From assembly GCA_009914755.4 (NCBI GenBank), contig CP068257.2:31264001-31328000 (forward strand): a stretch of 64,000 nt of DNA. The letters are read 5' to 3'. The translations under genes were made by a program, and so were the position numbers. Positions 63,664 to 64,000 of this stretch are shown here, piece after piece (the first letter of the stretch is position 1; the number at the start of each line of letters is the position of its first letter). The notes beneath the pieces were generated by a model, which worked only from the letters and a program-made list of their open reading frames with translations, did not search any database and was not told the origin of the DNA. The DNA comes from the human T2T-CHM13v2.0 reference genome, Homo sapiens.

Positions 63664-64000
63664 TGAATTTTATAGCATGGAGTGTCTTCAGCAGCACTTG
63701 TTAATATTGTCTGTTAGGTGTGTGCAGAGTGAGGAAAGGAGATTGCCTAAGAGTAATGTTTCTAAAAGAACTTTTCTGACATGTATTTGTACATGAGGAA
63801 ATGCAGAGAGTGCAGGGTGAGTTTAGAGGCACTGAAAGCACTGCCAGGACATAAGATGTTTTTCCTACGGCTCTACAAGATGCATTATTATCTGGCCTGT
63901 TTCGGAAAAGACAGGCTGTTTTCTAGGCAGCCTCCTGTCTTCTGGTACTTCAGAGAGTGGATTTCCATGTGTCCAAAGGCTGAGATGCGAGTCAGGAACC

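Overview
This window is primate (almost certainly human) nuclear DNA from a non-coding intergenic or intronic stretch, not a prokaryotic locus. I found no CRISPR array, operon, rRNA or tRNA gene. Every ORF in the supplied track is 142 aa or shorter, and most lie inside Alu, L1 or LTR repeats, so I support none of them as a gene. The one possible coding piece is a splice-site-flanked candidate exon on the minus strand (32660-32803).

The first ~53 kb is a dense mosaic of interspersed repeats:
- Alus: about 25 elements, most of them full length. Several are young, CpG-rich AluY copies, and many have readable target-site duplications.
- L1: fragments of older families, including one L1 nested inside another and one 5'-truncated copy with a perfect 16-bp TSD.
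- MaLR solo LTRs: THE1/MST-type, MLT1-type, and a second family with 'TGTATTAGTCAGGGTTCTCCAGAG...ACCATCACA' termini.
- Other families: MIR SINEs, hAT MITEs (MER5, a MER20-like element, probable MER53) and one ERV1-like solo LTR.
- Simple sequence: many microsatellites and homopolymer tracts.

The last ~10 kb (about 53.5-64 kb) is unusually repeat-poor and carries CpG-retaining, TAAT-motif-rich unique blocks. These include a 150-bp CpG-dense core next to a TATAA motif. It looks like a cluster of conserved non-coding regulatory elements or an unannotated promoter, and a similar block sits at 22.9-24.1 kb.

Other points worth a second look:
- a composite retroposed unit bounded by 16-bp direct repeats (14171-14691);
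- a ~1.3 kb palindrome made by an inverted duplication of an Alu plus its flank (46441-47760);
- microsatellite and AT-rich expansions seeded at the same internal position in two copies of one LTR family.

I assigned repeat family names from memory of consensus sequences. Where a name is uncertain the feature entry says so. Coordinates are hand-counted and may be off by a few bases.
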